DNA from: Macrostomum lignano
Lineage: Eukaryota
Length of the DNA stretch: 64,000 nt
Direction of reading: 5' to 3'
NCBI GenBank assembly: GCA_002269645.1
Contig: NIVC01000073.1
Coordinates: 558,001-622,000 of the forward strand
Shown: piece after piece, positions 1 to 35,800 of the stretch
Layout: each line of letters starts with the position of its first letter
Position numbering within the stretch: the first letter of the stretch is position 1
Program-made: the position numbers and the translations under genes
Notes under the pieces: generated by a model
Told to the model about the DNA's origin: nothing
The model's input: the letters and a program-made list of their open reading frames with translations, nothing else
Databases searched by the model: none

Positions 1-668
1 GATATTGTTTGAATTATAGAGTTAGGCATATAGATATAAGACTAGCAGTGTAGAGCCCCCTTTAGGGCACCAAATAAGCAAAGAGCAAAAATTATTCATG
101 CATATCCATTAAATTAAAAAAAGCACATTTTCTTAAAAACCAACTCTTTTTTCAGTTTTATAAATCACCTTATTCAAGTGAAATTGTCATTGACAAAGAT
201 GCTTGCTATGAATCTCTTTTCTAAAAGTAACAAAAGTATACAAGAAATAAAAGCCTTCACAAAAATAACAAGCATTCCCATAAGTCAAATGCATTCTCTA
301 GATAGCAAGCTTCTCCTAATAGGAAGCATCCCCCAGATCTTGAATATAAATGTTTGATCAGATCAAGTTTTATGGTTGAGCAAGATTGGGATCCTTTTTT
401 TGCTAGGATTTTTGGATTGTTGGGGATTAGGATGCCTAAGTAATATATCAGCACATTGAGATATCATATTTGATCATTAGCAGGATTCCATCCTACCTAT
501 ACTTGGGTAGCATATCATACTCCATTTTGTAAAGTATAAAGAAGTTAAAATTAACCATAATCTTTGCTCTAATGCATTGCTCAGTGTTCATCTTGACTTG
601 ATGATGTGTGCAATATTTCTAAATCTAACTTATCTAACAAATCTAAACACTTTCCCACCCAATTGCAG

Positions 669-15521
<14,853 letters not shown>

Positions 15522-16951
15522 CGTGGGCCTTGTCGTGGGCTAAATATCGATAAATTACGCACATATTTGGTACACCACTAACTGATAATTAATAGCATTT
15601 TTCCTTTACGTTTGGCGTTTTGTTTTGCAGACCATAGTAACTGCACGAGAGGGTGCGCGATTTTTCTGTGTCACTCGTGTTCTGTTGTTCTCTTTTCTAT
15701 TGACGTGTATATTTTTCATAAATAGAATTCACTTTTTAGCTGCTAAGAGGCCTCTTTCAATGCCTTGGTAATTCGTATTTACAGTAGTTTTATTATTATT
15801 ATTAAACCAACAAGACATATCTTGTCGCTTTATTCTATATTATAATCTAACCTCTCTCGGTTATGCTGATAGCTTTAAATATTCTGTAATCAGTTTTTTT
15901 TACTTCAAAGACTTTCATTTTCTTACCTTATTATTGTTGCTGTATTGATAAATGAAACCGCCAACTGCAGACGGTAGCTAATAAGACCAGGGTGGAAATC
16001 ATTGTTTTTTTATACAAAACGAAGCACCAAATGAAAATGCCTTGATTATAACCATATATATATATTATTCTTATTCGATTGATGCCTTTGACTTACATTG
16101 TGAGTGTTGCATTCGCTTAGTTTATACCACACGGTCTTCTATTTTGCAGTTGCAAAAATTTATTATGCATTGGAATTGTGCACCAGCTAATTTTGTCTAT
16201 CTCGATATTTGGCCTTCAAAAAGTTTTTCTAACTATGCGCGCATGGTTAGCCAACGTTTTTTTGTATTTTTCTGTGCCTATTTCTTGTAAATAGTTGATA
16301 TTTTGCAAATTAAATACATGAAACACCCTCAGTGTTTATTACTATTACAATTTCATGCCTTAAGGCGGATTGCCAAATTTAAAATATTCCTTGTTTGTTT
16401 CGTAGATAATTCCTTTTTTCGAACAAAACGACAGCGGCACGTTTTAACGGTAGCTAGATTTTTTTGTTGATAATCTGAGTATCTGAGTACTAAGTCGGAT
16501 TACTAAACTTTCGACGTTTCTAGATGTGCTTCTGGCACCATAAAGTTGCGGCAGACTATTTAAAATGGAAACCTCATCTATGCCGGTATATCCTATCGAA
16601 TGCGCGATACTTGTGCAGCGGTCTGTTATGCAGCCTAATTAAATATACTAAGTTTCCAATTTATATTTTCTTCAAAAATTATATAATGACGTCACGCTAG
16701 AGGATTCTCTCTGAAATCTAAACTCAGCAAGAAAGTATACCACAACGGACAGCCTTTTAAGTAGGATTCGGCAAATCAGTTCACAGTATAATTTTAATTT
16801 TAATTTTAATTTTAATTTAAGGTTGTAGTTCAAAGCTTTTTCATCTTATTTAATCTTAAAATCCTCGACGGATTGAGTTACAACGTCGTTATTACGGATA
16901 TACACGAAAACTAAGTAACATTTCAAATATCAATAAAAACGCTTAAATAAC

Positions 16952-17598
16952 TATAGCATTTTGCAGTCAAGTTTGAACTGCGGGCATTCAAATTAGACGC
17001 TTGACCAGATCTCACTGCTGGCACAAATGCTATCTATGGCCTAGACAAAATCACACTGGTGGGCACTCAATTTAGACAAGGGGCATTCAAATTAGACAAG
17101 TTCTCAGGCGCATTGGCTGGGCAATTCAAGATCGTGTTGCGTCTGTTGTCAGACAACCATTCTGTGAACCCTGAACTATGAAGATAAGAACAAGTTATAA
17201 CAAAGTAAGCATGTGTGAACAAACAAAACAGGGTGCTCAGCACATCAATGAACAAGAGTCTCACAAGAGTCTCATCTGATACATCCAACATGTTGGCAAT
17301 TTCAGCCACAGAGTCACCACGTTGGCATGCCCCAATAATGAGGTCACGCTTCTCTCTGGAAATTCTTGCATAGCGACGAATCGGATTGTCCATGGTCTTT
17401 CTCTCTGGCACACATAGACTTTCCGCTGCTTGTCTAATTTGAATGCCCGTTGTCTAAATTGAGTGCCCGTCAGTGTGTTTCAGTTTGTGCCACAGACATA
17501 AAGTTCTGCTTGACTTGGGGACGGATTCTGAAATTTGGCTCTTCCCTTCTTGTCTAATTTGAATGCCCGCAGTTCAAACTTGACTGCAAAATGCTATA
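16952..17598 (-). mobile_element. Non-autonomous Tc1/mariner-like element (MITE) with an HTH transposase remnant
   Basis: Perfect 47-bp inverted repeats at 16952-16998 and 17552-17598, ending in TA. Inner inverted copies of the GGGCA(T/C)TCAA(A/T)TTAGAC motif at about 17060-17100 and 17430-17468. Minus ORF 17411-17067 reads ISREKRDLIIGACQRGDSVAEIANMLDVSDETLVRL (paired-like HTH). Confidence 0.8.
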
Positions 17599-18794
17599 AT
17601 AGAATATATTGCGTGAATTATACTTCGCCGCGTGAATTATGCTCAAGTTCGTGGCAGTGGCAGGGCCTAACTACAGTAGCGCAACCTGAAATTTTTTGTG
17701 GGGGGGGCAGATTCTTGAGGGTAAGGCCAAGGGGGGCGGAAGGGGTGGCTCAAATCGCTTGGTTCCCCCTTTGATTTTTTAGGTCCGCCCAAGGGGGGGC
17801 GGGCAACCTGTCGAACTTAACTGAGTTTGAATTGGCTCAACAGTCTCAACTCTGGTCTGTTGAACTTGAATAATATCTGACTTTTCATTATTGATAGTAT
17901 AATTGTTTTTGTGTCAATTCAATCAAATTGTCTTTTGTTGGGCCTGGAAAGCTTAAATTAGGCCCTTAATTTGCTTAAATTAGGCAAGCAAGGATGGTTA
18001 AGCTATTATATTTTTAAAACAAAAGCTTTTCTGCTAATTCCTTATTGAATGGTAGTGATGCTAGTAGTTTTTATAAGAACAATAACAGATAGGCATGCAT
18101 AAGCTGAGGCTAAAAGGTATATATCATCATGACATTAGATTTAATATGGTATGCCAATTGCCATCATTGGCATTGTTAAGGAATATAATTATCAATCAGT
18201 AATTTATTTAAAGCCTTTGGCTTTTATAAGCTATCTAGAATGATTGAATTATTTCAAATTAATAGTATGTTAACCTTACTTAACAATAAATTAAACATTC
18301 TAGGTATATTTAAAAACTATTTAAAAACTATATTTAAAAAACTATAGAGGAATCCTATGATCTTAATATAGCCTAGGCCCTAATATAAAAGTTAATTATT
18401 TTTGTCTTTACTTGAAAAAAGCTATTAATTAGTTTCAAGTTAAAGTTTATATAATACTAATAATAAATAAGCTTTAAAAATTTGTTTATTATTTAATACA
18501 TTAGGAGACTTAGGATTAGCCAATAAAATATACATTAATATTGATTGTGATTAAAATAAATTTGTATGTTTAATTTAATAGATATTTTTAGGCATGAGAA
18601 ATTTTGAAGGAAATAAGTATATTTAATTTAGGCTACTATTATTAATATCTTTAAGGTCATACTAGGAAAAATTTGTAGCAATAACACTGTGATGACAAGT
18701 AACAGACAATAGTTAAAGACAATAGCCTTGTCAATTTACTATTGATTTACTAAAATAAGTTTTATTTGTTCAAGTCAGTAGTATTATATTAATG

Positions 18795-19257
18795 TGCTCA
18801 TGTGCCATAGCTGGGAAGGTGGCAGTTTTTGGTGAATTTTCCAGTGCAAATTGGCCCTTTTTTGGCACACAGGGCGCAGCGCACACGGCATACAAGGAAA
18901 AATTGAAAATGCTCTGGCGGCGCACATGGTGCATGGCGCTAAAAAATATATAGTTACACTTCATTATACTTTGCAAAATATATAGTGTCAGGCCTAATTC
19001 CATAATTTGTAAAATAAAATGTTATACTATCAAAGAGTACTAAAATTACGTAAATCACGATATAAAATATGTAAATGAAATTCAAATTTGTCTACCGTAA
19101 ATTCAAATTTACCTTACCTTACCTTAGACTTACCTTATCATGGCGCGCTGCGGCGCACAAAATCCTTTCTTCACGGCGCACAGCGCACAGTGCTCAAAAG
19201 CTATCAAAATAGTTCCGGCGCACACTGTGCCACCTTCCCGACTATGGCTCATGTGCA
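18795..19257. mobile_element. Candidate MITE with imperfect 30-bp terminal inverted repeats
   Basis: 18795-18824 and the reverse complement of 19228-19257 match at 26 of 30 positions; GCGCAC-rich subterminal repeats. Confidence 0.5.
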
Positions 19258-19989
19258 ATTCCAAATCTGCTTTGCTGCCTACTTTCTATTGGACTCTGAT
19301 TGATCAACTTGCCATGATAACAATAGGGTGACTTATTGTCAACCTATTATCAACTTATTATTATTAGGGGCCTAGCTTGTTATCATTGCAAACTTTTTCC
19401 TAGCAGGGTTAAATTTTTCAATGAATTTTATTGATTTGAATCTTTCATAAAAAATTTCAAAGTGGATATTAATTTGAACAAATTCCCAAATTGATATAAA
19501 AAAAGCTTTGCTAGGGGCCCCAAGTTATAATTGAGGTTAAGCCATCCAAAGAGGCTGCTTGATGCTTAAGAGCTATAGTTGTTTGATTAGAATTGAATTT
19601 GGCTAACACTTGTTGGCTTCTATTTTTTCTCCCAAACTCAAAGGATAAATGCCTTCTAGGCTACTATTTGTAGCTTGATTTCACCTCAGACTTCTAGGTC
19701 TACTACTAAACTACTATATATAAGTAGTGTAGCAAAAACCACCTAGTGTAGCAAAATACACACTTATAAAATTCTATTCTACAATTGAAAATTTAGAACA
19801 CTCCAAAGTATATTAGACATTTGTCTTTCCATATTTTTGCATGGAGAATTCAAAAAACAATAGCAGTGCTGAAGAGTTCAAGGCTCAGGGCCATAAGTAT
19901 CGTCATGAGTCTTCAACTGAGAGCTACACTGGAGGCAGTGAGTGTTATTGTTCAACTGTTAATTCACACTGTTTGTGTGTTACCTGAGA

Positions 19990-21350
19990 ATTGCCCTCAA
20001 ACCTACCTGAAAATCGCCTCCCCTCAACCCTTACCTGAGAATCACCTCCCCTCAACCCTTACCTGAGAATCGCCTCCCCTCAACCCTACCTGAGAATCGC
20101 CTCCCCTCAACCCTTACCTGAGAATCGCCTCCCCTCAACCCTTACCTGAGAATCGCCTCCCCTCAACCCTTACCTGAGAATCGCCTCCCCTCAACTCTTA
20201 CCTGAGAATCGCCTCCCCTCAACCCTTACCTGAGAATCGCCTCCCCTCAACCCTTACCTGAGAATCGCCTCCCCTCAACCCTTACCTGAGAATCGCCTCC
20301 CCTCAACCCTACCTGAGAATCGCCTCCCCTCAACCCTTACCTGAGAATCGCCTCCCCTCAACCCTTACCTGAGAATCGCCTCCCCTCAACCCTACCTGAG
20401 AATCGCCTCCCCTCAACCTTACCTGAGAATCGCCTCCCCTCAACCCTACCTGAGAATCGCCTCCCCTCAACCCTACCTGAGAATCGCCTCCCCTCAACCC
20501 TTACCTGAGAATCGCCTCCCCTCAACCCTTACCTGAGAATCGCCTCCCCTCAACCCTACCTGAGAATCGCCTCCCCTCAACCCTACCTGAGAATCGCCTC
20601 CCCTCAACCCTACCTGAGAATCGCCTCCCCTCAACCCTTACCTGAGAATCGCCTCCCCTCAACCCTTACCTGAGAATCGCCTCCCCTCAACCCTTACCTG
20701 AGAATCGCCTCCCCTCAACCCTACCTGAGAATCGTCAATCCTCAGCCCTTACCTGAGAATCGCCTCCCCTCAACCCTTACCTGAGAATCGCCTCCCCTCA
20801 ACCCTTACCTGAGAATCGCCTCCCCTCAACCCTTACCTGAGAATCGCCTCCCCTCAACCCTACCTAAGAATCGCCTCCCCTCAACCCTTACCTAAGAATC
20901 GCCTCCCCTCAACCCTTCCTAAGAATCGCCTCCCCTCAACCCTACCTGAGAATCGCCTCCCCTCAACCCTACCTGAGAATCGCCTCCCCTCAACCCTACC
21001 TGAGAATCGCCTCCCCTCAACCCTACCTGAGAATCGCCTCCCCTCAACCCTTACCTGAGAATCGCCTCCCCTCAACCCTACCTGAGAATCGCCTCCCCTC
21101 AACCCTTACCTGAGAATCGCCTCCCCTCAACCCTACCTGAGAATCGCCTCCCCTCAACCCTTACCTGAGAATCGCCTCCCCTCAACCCTACCTGAGAATC
21201 GCCTCCCCTCAACCCTACCTGAGAATCGTCAATCCTCAGCCCTTACCTGAGAATCGCCTCCCCTCAACCCTTACCTGAGAATCGCCTCCCCTCAACCCTA
21301 CCTGAGAATCGCCTCCCCTCAACCCTACCTGAGAATCGTCAATCCTCAGT
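19990..21350. repeat. 27/28-bp minisatellite (about 48 copies)
   Basis: ACCTGAGAATCGCCTCCCCTCAACCCT(T). Confidence 0.95.
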
Positions 21351-21769
21351 TGTTGGTTGGGTTAGCCTTCTAGATTCTCGTATCAACATTTAATAACAAA
21401 TTTCACATGACAAGTTTCCATTTTTCCCAGTGTTATTGTGTGTCACGTGCTGTTTTTTTCCTGAAGAAAAGTAATTGCTACCTCTGTGCGAGTGTGAAAA
21501 TCGGGGAGCTAGGCTAATAAGCCTACAATTAGAAGCCCGCCCACCCCGAAACTGGCAAAATATTCCTCAAATTTTCTCTGCCTGGTATGTTTTTTCCCAT
21601 TTTTTGTTTTTTACACTCCTAGGTTGTTTACTCCGTCTGGCTTCACGCAGTTAACGCGTTTAATGAACCGAGAATGTAATAATTCAGGGATTCCTTGTGT
21701 TTTTAATACTTTCATCCCACTCTGCTCGTAGTGGGCTTCGTCAGTTTACAGTAGTTAAAAGGGAATGAA

Positions 21770-22140
21770 GCCCTCCCAGATCTTCAGTTGCTGGGCTAGC
21801 CTCCCAGAGTGTCAGTTGCTGGGCCAGCCTCCCAGAGTGTCAGTTGCTGGGCCAGCCTCCCAGAGTGTCAGTTGCTGGGCCAGCCTCCCAGAGTGTCAGT
21901 TGCTGGGCCAGCCTCCCAGAGTGTCAGTTGCTGGGCCAGCCTCCCAGAGTGTCAGTTGCTGGGCCAGCCTCCCAGAGTGTCAGTTGCTGGGCCAGCCTCC
22001 CAGAGTGTCAGTTGCTGGGCCAGCTTCCCAGAGTGTCAGTTGCTGGGCCAGCCTCCCAGAGTGTCAGTTGCCGGGCCAGCCTCCCTTATCCTCAGTTGCC
22101 GGGCCAGCCTCCCAGATCCTCAGTTGCTGGGCCAGCCTCC
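21770..22140. repeat. 28-bp minisatellite
   Basis: CTGGGCCAGCCTCCCAGAGTGTCAGTTG. Confidence 0.92.
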
Positions 22141-22316
22141 CTGATATGCTTAATTGCTGGGGCTGCAACCATAGCAACATTTCAGCAGCAGAATCATTGA
22201 ATTCTGATGGGTTCGCTATGATTGGGTAAATCAGATTTCACCTATGGCTGGCCTGGCAGAGTAACTTAGTTTTAGACTCGGTTAAACAGCTTTTCCTTGC
22301 ATTAGTAACTATGCAG

Positions 22317-29251
<6,935 letters not shown>

Positions 29252-30204
29252 TTAATCAATTTAAACTAATTAAATTAGAAATTTCAATTTCAATTTTTAA
29301 GATATTACCGACGCATCTCTAATTTACGAGCTAAAAACCCGCACAATTGCTTGTTCATGTCAGTGTGCAATTATAAAGTTTTTTAGGTATCTATAAATAT
29401 ACAAAGTTACTATGATTATTATTTTCGTTGCAATAAATTTTACTAACAGTATATAAATTTCAGCTACTATTAGTAGGGCAATAGTTTTTTAATTTAATAA
29501 TTTTGATGGTTTTTTCTCCGTGTTTTTCAACCGTTGCGCATATCGACGCCTGTTTTTTCGACGCAGCTTTTAGATATTGAAAGTTAATTATTATACAATC
29601 CCCCATTCCGTGCAATCTTGCTTCTCCGTTATAATGTTATAGAATTATATGTGATTAATAATTATTATTTTAAAAATCACCATACCTCTTTAAAATCGCC
29701 CACGCTACTTCTTTCATAGCTTCATAGCTTCAAATATTTTCATCTGTTCACTTTTTTTGCTGACTATCAAGAGACTTTGAATGTTTTGTTAGTTTTCTTA
29801 GTGCAGGAGTGTTCTTTGTAAAAAGAAATTTTAAAATGCAGGTTTCTAAAAGCAAACGCAGCTTTTATGATGTTTGTTGTAATAGTCTGCACGTAGCATT
29901 AGTGTAGTAATGCATAATGAAATATATTTGAAATATGATATTTAATATTGACCGACAAATATGGATTGATAAAATCGGCATAATTAACGCCTTTTCCGTT
30001 AATTTTCAGTTTTAAATTGATGCGATCAAGTGCCTACTAATAGTAGGCCAATAAGTGCAAAATCAAATTGAGCCCGAAAAGGGCCGTTTTTAATACTGCT
30101 ATGGGATAGAATTTATCAATCAAGCTTGGCCAAAATCGGAAAAAAATCTATTTTCAATAAAGAATGTTGGCAATAATCTCAGGATTAAGAAAGACTCGTT
30201 GTTC

Positions 30205-31122
30205 TCAGGCTTGCACTGAGCTGTCGCTCAGGTCATTTGGAATGACTCTCTGCAGGCGGGCCACTTGCTCTGCGAATGCTTTGTCGCTAAGCAAGCTGCT
30301 GGCCAGGCCGATGTTGCAGCCGGGCCGCCCCACCACCGTCACCACCAGCGGCTGGCAGCTCATCTGCACTACCTGACAGGTGGGGCGAGGGCAGTCGCTA
30401 AGTTATACAGCATTCACAAACATGCCCGATTCACACCTCCGGTACATGTATGTATCAACTATATATCAGCATTCACACAAACCAATCAGCTACATTCACA
30501 AATCTCATCAGCTACATTCACACAAACCAATCAGCTGCATTCACACAAATCAATCAGCTACATTCACAAATCTCATCAGCTACATTCACAAAACCAATCA
30601 GCTACATCTCATCAGCTACATTCACACAAACCAATCAGCTGCATTCACAAATCTCATCAGCTACATTCACACAAACCAATCAGCTGCATTCACACAAATC
30701 AATCAGCTGCATTAACAGATCTAATCAGCTACATTCACACAAATATAATCAGCTGCATTCACACAGATCTAATCAGCTACAATCACACAAACGAATCAGC
30801 TACACTCACACAAATCTAATCAGATACATTCACACAAATCTAATCAGATACATTCACACGAGTCCCTGTGCGAGCTCACGGTCATCTGATTGAACTGGCA
30901 GATGGCGCAGTCTGGGGCTCCCAAGCCAGCCCTGTTCGCGTGATCCCCGGCCTGACAGAAGCTGGGCACCAGGCCTCGCTTCACCACCAGATCCACCGTC
31001 CAGTGCCGCTCAGGCAAAGCGGCACTGATCAAAGGCACACCGCAGCGATCCGACAATAATATGGCGTCAATACCGTCCAAGCTGGATAGATAGCTTTCAA
31101 AGAAACGCCGTAAGGCATCCAT
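30205..31122 (-). CDS. LAMTOR3: Ragulator subunit LAMTOR3 (MP1)-like, 136 aa, 2 exons
   Basis: Exons 31122-30880 and 30372-30205 (phase 0, GTGAGC...CAG). MDALRRF..LDGIDAILLSDRCGVPLI...FNQMT|VVQMSCQPLVVTVV resembles LAMTOR3 (LKRFL..VEGLHAIVVSDRDGVPVI...VVQFNRLPLVVSF). Confidence 0.85.
30460..30860. repeat. About 20-bp minisatellite in the LAMTOR3 intron
   Basis: AATCAGCTACATTCACACA units. Confidence 0.85.
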
Positions 31123-31714
31123 CACACTAGGCAAGTTTGACGCGCATGCAAATAGAGAAAACCGATATGTGGCGCGTTATTAAATTTCGATCATAATGTC
31201 CAAAGAATTCTACTGTTTGACTATTCAGTAGCATCATAGGCGTAGAGTATGTTTAAATTTAGTTAGATACGAAAATTGAAATCTCGATTAACTGTTACAT
31301 CAATGGAATCGTTGAGTGCTTTTTAATACTATATTTAAGGCAGTTGAAGAAAACAAACTTCCGCATTTATTGATCTTAAACAGCAAGCGAGAGAAAAAAG
31401 CAATTATTGACATCAAAACTGGAAACATGTATGAGCGAGTCTCACTGTGAAATATGTCTTGGAAAGAATTGAAGGTCACAGCTATTCATTTTTCAAATAA
31501 TAAAAAATCACAGTAAAGTTGAACCACATGGAAGTGGAATTTATGAGAATTTCGACTATAAAAAAATTAGATAAAAAATTTCACGTTCTTCGATTCTCAG
31601 CCGTTACCAGGTGCATTTAGATCTGATATGAATGTGCTTGCCAAAATAGACTCAGAGTACTCGAATGTTTTTAGGTCGCGAAAAAAGAATAAAAAAATCT
31701 ACGTTTAATAATAA

Positions 31715-32275
31715 ACAAATGGAGCTTGAGCGTACATTCGGGGGAAGGAATTGATAGGAGCTTGAGTGTACATTCGGGGGAAGGAATTGATAGGAGCTTG
31801 AGTGTACATTCGGGGGAAGGAATTGATAGGAGCTTGAGTGTACATTCGGGGGAAGGAATTGATAGGAGCTTGAGTGTACATTCGGGGGAAGGAATTGATA
31901 GGAGCTTGAGTGTACATTCGGGGGAAGGAATTGATAGGAGCTTGAGTGTACATTCGGGGGAAGGAATTGATAGGAACTTGAGTGTACATTCGGGGAAGGA
32001 ATTGATAGGAGCTTGAGTGTACATTCGGGGGAAGGAATTAATAGGAGCTTGAGTGTACATTCGGGGGAAGGAATTGATAGGAGCTAGAGTGTACATTCGG
32101 GGGAAGGAATTGATAGGAGCTTGAGTGTACATTCGGGGAAGGAATTGATAGGAGCTTGAGTGTACATTCGGGGAAGGAATTGATAGGAGCTTTAGTGTAC
32201 ATTCGGGGAAGGAATTGATAGGAGCTTGAGTGTACATGTACATTCGGGGAAGGAATTGATAGGAGCTTGAATGTA
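31715..32275. repeat. 36-bp minisatellite
   Basis: GAATTGATAGGAGCTTGAGTGTACATTCGGGGGAAG. Confidence 0.92.
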
Positions 32276-32862
32276 CTTTTGAAGATAGGAATTGTTGGGC
32301 GCTTGTGCGCTTTCCTATTTTCCGAATCTAATCGGAGAAAAAAAACTAGAAAAGCAAAACAATAATGAATAAAACGATAATTATAAACTTCGATAGGCTA
32401 TGTATGAAAAAATTAATATAATGATATTCGCTAGAATAATAGAGAAAACATATGATAGAGATTAATAATTATACACATTACACTACTAACATGAAATCCA
32501 CTGGAGGAAAAAACAGAAGTGAAGAAGTTGGAAAGCCATTTAATTATAGACAAATGTACGAGCCATAATATTTTTTTTATCAACTAAAATGCAGTTTTTA
32601 AAATTGCACTTTTAAAATTATTTTTGGACAGAAAGCATAAAATATCATAAATATTAAGCTGTGCATATTGGTTTACCCGAAAGTTAGCTTTACACTACAG
32701 TTATAATAAATCTATTTCCCAATGAGATCCTTCCCCAATCCCCTTCCTAATATATCGTCAGCGAAAAAATATTTTGTAATGCTAAGCTGTCAAAATATCA
32801 ATAAAGGTCAAATTGTCACTGACAGCAACAACAACAACAAATTCACTGTCAGAGAATCAATA

Positions 32863-35800
32863 CTAGATAGCCGAGTCAACATCAATGCCATTCAAATAGA
32901 CTTCTTCTGGATCGTTCGATGGCACTTTGCTGTACTGCACACCGCGATGACTGAATGCCGAGCTGGAAGACGATGCTGCAGATGCCGTCGCCGCCGCCGT
33001 TGCTGAAGATCCCAAGCCGCCGACAATCACTGGCAGAGCTGGCAGGCCGCGTTCATCGCGAAAGAGGCAACGGCTGCGAAGAAGCAGCGCGGCCAGAGCA
33101 GCCAGGATGCACACCAGTGCCAGCACTGTCCAATTGCGAGTGTTATGGACAAGCATTAGGCATTGATTGAGACCCAATCAGCCTCACTTTCAGTGCCCAA
33201 TCAGCCTCACTTTCAGTGCCCAATCAGCCTCACTTTCAGTGCCCAATCAGCCTCACTTTCAGTGCCCAATCAGCCTCACTTTCAGTGCCCAATCAGCCTC
33301 ACTTTCAGTGCCCAATCAGCCTCACTTTCAGTGCCCAATCAGCCTCACTTTCAGAGCCCAATCAGCCTCACTTTCAGTGCCCAATCAGCCTCACTTTCAG
33401 TGCCCAATCAGCCTCAATTTCAGTGTCAAATCAGCCTGACTTTCAGTGCCCAATTAGCCTCACTTTCAGTGCCCAATTAGCGCCCTAATGTCAGTGCCGA
33501 ATTAGCGTCACTCACCAACAAGCGTGACAACCGCAGCAGTGACAGCAACATCCCTATTAACCAAGTGACCAGTGCCACTGGGATGCAAATAGAACTGAGC
33601 CAAATCCAAGCGAGCAATAGCCAGAGCAGCTTGGCTAACCCGATAGATATCAGTATGATTAACGTAGCCAGCAGCTGCCAATCGGAGGGAATAGACACCT
33701 GGAGACAATAGGAAATAGAATTCGCCATTCGGATTAGTCAGCCGACTGTATGGCACCCCATCGATGCTCACGCTGGCTGCAACAATCGGCTTGCCATCTC
33801 TCGAATCAGTCAGCCGACCTCGGATGCCAATAAGCAGCTGAAAGTTTGTTTATTTTTTGTTTTATTTTAAAAAAATGACAAAATACTTGTTAGCGTTTTT
33901 GCTACACTACTTATATAGTAGCGCGTAAAGGATGTTCCGAGTATTTTAAGGATAGAACAGTTAAAAATTATAAAAATTTTTATGTAAGTACAATGTGACT
34001 CAAAAGTACCTGGAAACTAGGATTACAAAAAACCTGAATAATAGGATCGCTAATTAAGGAATTAACACCTGAATAATAATCACTAATTAAGGGATTAACA
34101 CCCGAATAATAGGATCACTAATTAAGGGATTAACACCAGAATAATAGGATCACTAATTAAGGGATTAACACCAGAATAATAGGATCACTAATTAAGGGAT
34201 TAACACCAGAATAATAGGATCACTAATTAAGGGATTAACACCAGAATAATAGGATCACTAATTAAAGGAATAAAACCTGAATAATAGGATCACTAATTAA
34301 GGGATTAACACCAGAATAATAGGATCACTAATTAAGGGATTAACACCTGAACAATAGAATCACTAATTAAGGGATTAACATCTGAATAATAGGATCGCTA
34401 TAATTAATGTATTAACACCTAAATAATAAAAATCACTAATTAAGGGATTAACATCTGAATAATAGGATCGCTAATTAATTTATTAACACCTAATAATAAA
34501 AATCACTAATTAAGGTATTAACACCTGAATAATAGGATCGCTAATTAAGGGATTATTACACAGATAATGAGACCGCTAACAAAGGAATAATTCAATTGAA
34601 CTCAACTACTCCAGGAGATTACTACCACCCCAACACGCATACGCGAATCATACTACTTACAGCGGCAGACAGAGAGTGCAACAAAGCGTCGGAATTAGCC
34701 GCCCACGCAATCATAGACGAAGAGTCCGCAGATTTGCAACAGTTGGGCGCCGCAGCGGCCAATTGTAAATCTAATCCAGTCTGATTTAATCTCACGCCTA
34801 AGCAGCGCAGAATTGGCGCCGATTCTGTAGTACAAGCGGCGCCAGGCGCCAATGGAGGCGGACTTGAGCTGGACAATCGATGACACCGATCAATAGTATA
34901 CCGTCTGGCAGATACGGGCAGTCTCGTATTGACTGACTCCGCCATAGCAACAGCGTTAGAAGCATCGGGACCGGCCATAACCACAGCAATTCTAACATCA
35001 TCCTTGGCATTGTTATAATCGGCAGCTTGGAATATTTGCATCGACTCGGGATTGGAATTCTTATTAGTACTATTAGTAGTATCGCTGCAAGCTGGTGCGG
35101 ATTTAGTAACAATCAAACGCAGCCGATCCAAACCCGCGGCCAATTCGTTCAGACGAAAATCTCGGCCACTATCGGCTTGGCGACACAGTTGCACTGCGAG
35201 GCCTAACAGAAGGCGAGGGTGCGACTGGGTTGCCAGGGTAGCTCGGGGCCTACTGGCTGCAGAGTCTGCTTCTGCTGCTGCTATACCGCTGCTGCTGTTC
35301 GAGTTGAAGAAGTCCAAACGGAACTGGGACTGATCTGGGAAGCTGGCAAGAGTGGGATGCATGACTTGGTTCAGGGGCGATTCTTCAGGTAGGGTTCAGG
35401 GGCGACTCTTCAGGTAGGGTTCAGGGGCGATTCTTCAGGTAGGGTTCAAGGGCGACTCTTCAGGCAGGGTTCAAGGGCGATTCTTCAGGTAGGGTTCAAG
35501 GGCGATTCTTCAGGTAGGGTTCAGGGGCGACTCTTCAGGCAGGGTTCAAGGGCGATTCTTCAGGTAGGGTTCAGGGGCGATTCTTCAGGTAGGGTTCAGG
35601 GGCGATTCTTCAGGTAGGGTTCAGGGACGATTCTTCAGGTAGGGTTCAGGGGCGATTCTTCAGGTAGGGTTCAGGGGCGACTCTTCAGGCAGGGTTCAAG
35701 GGCGATTCTTCAGGTAGGGTTCAGGGGCGATTCTTCAGGTAGGGTTCAGGGGCGATTCTTCAGGTAGGGTTCAAGGGCGATTCTTCAGGTAGGGTTCAGG

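Noticed and set aside
257-454. 65-aa minus-strand ORF
   Set aside because: It is AT-rich, has no motif, and is probably antisense to an intron or upstream region of the LRR-Ig gene.
17670-17830. G-run cluster (possible G-quadruplex or element end)
   Set aside because: No matching partner end or other supporting feature was found in the window.
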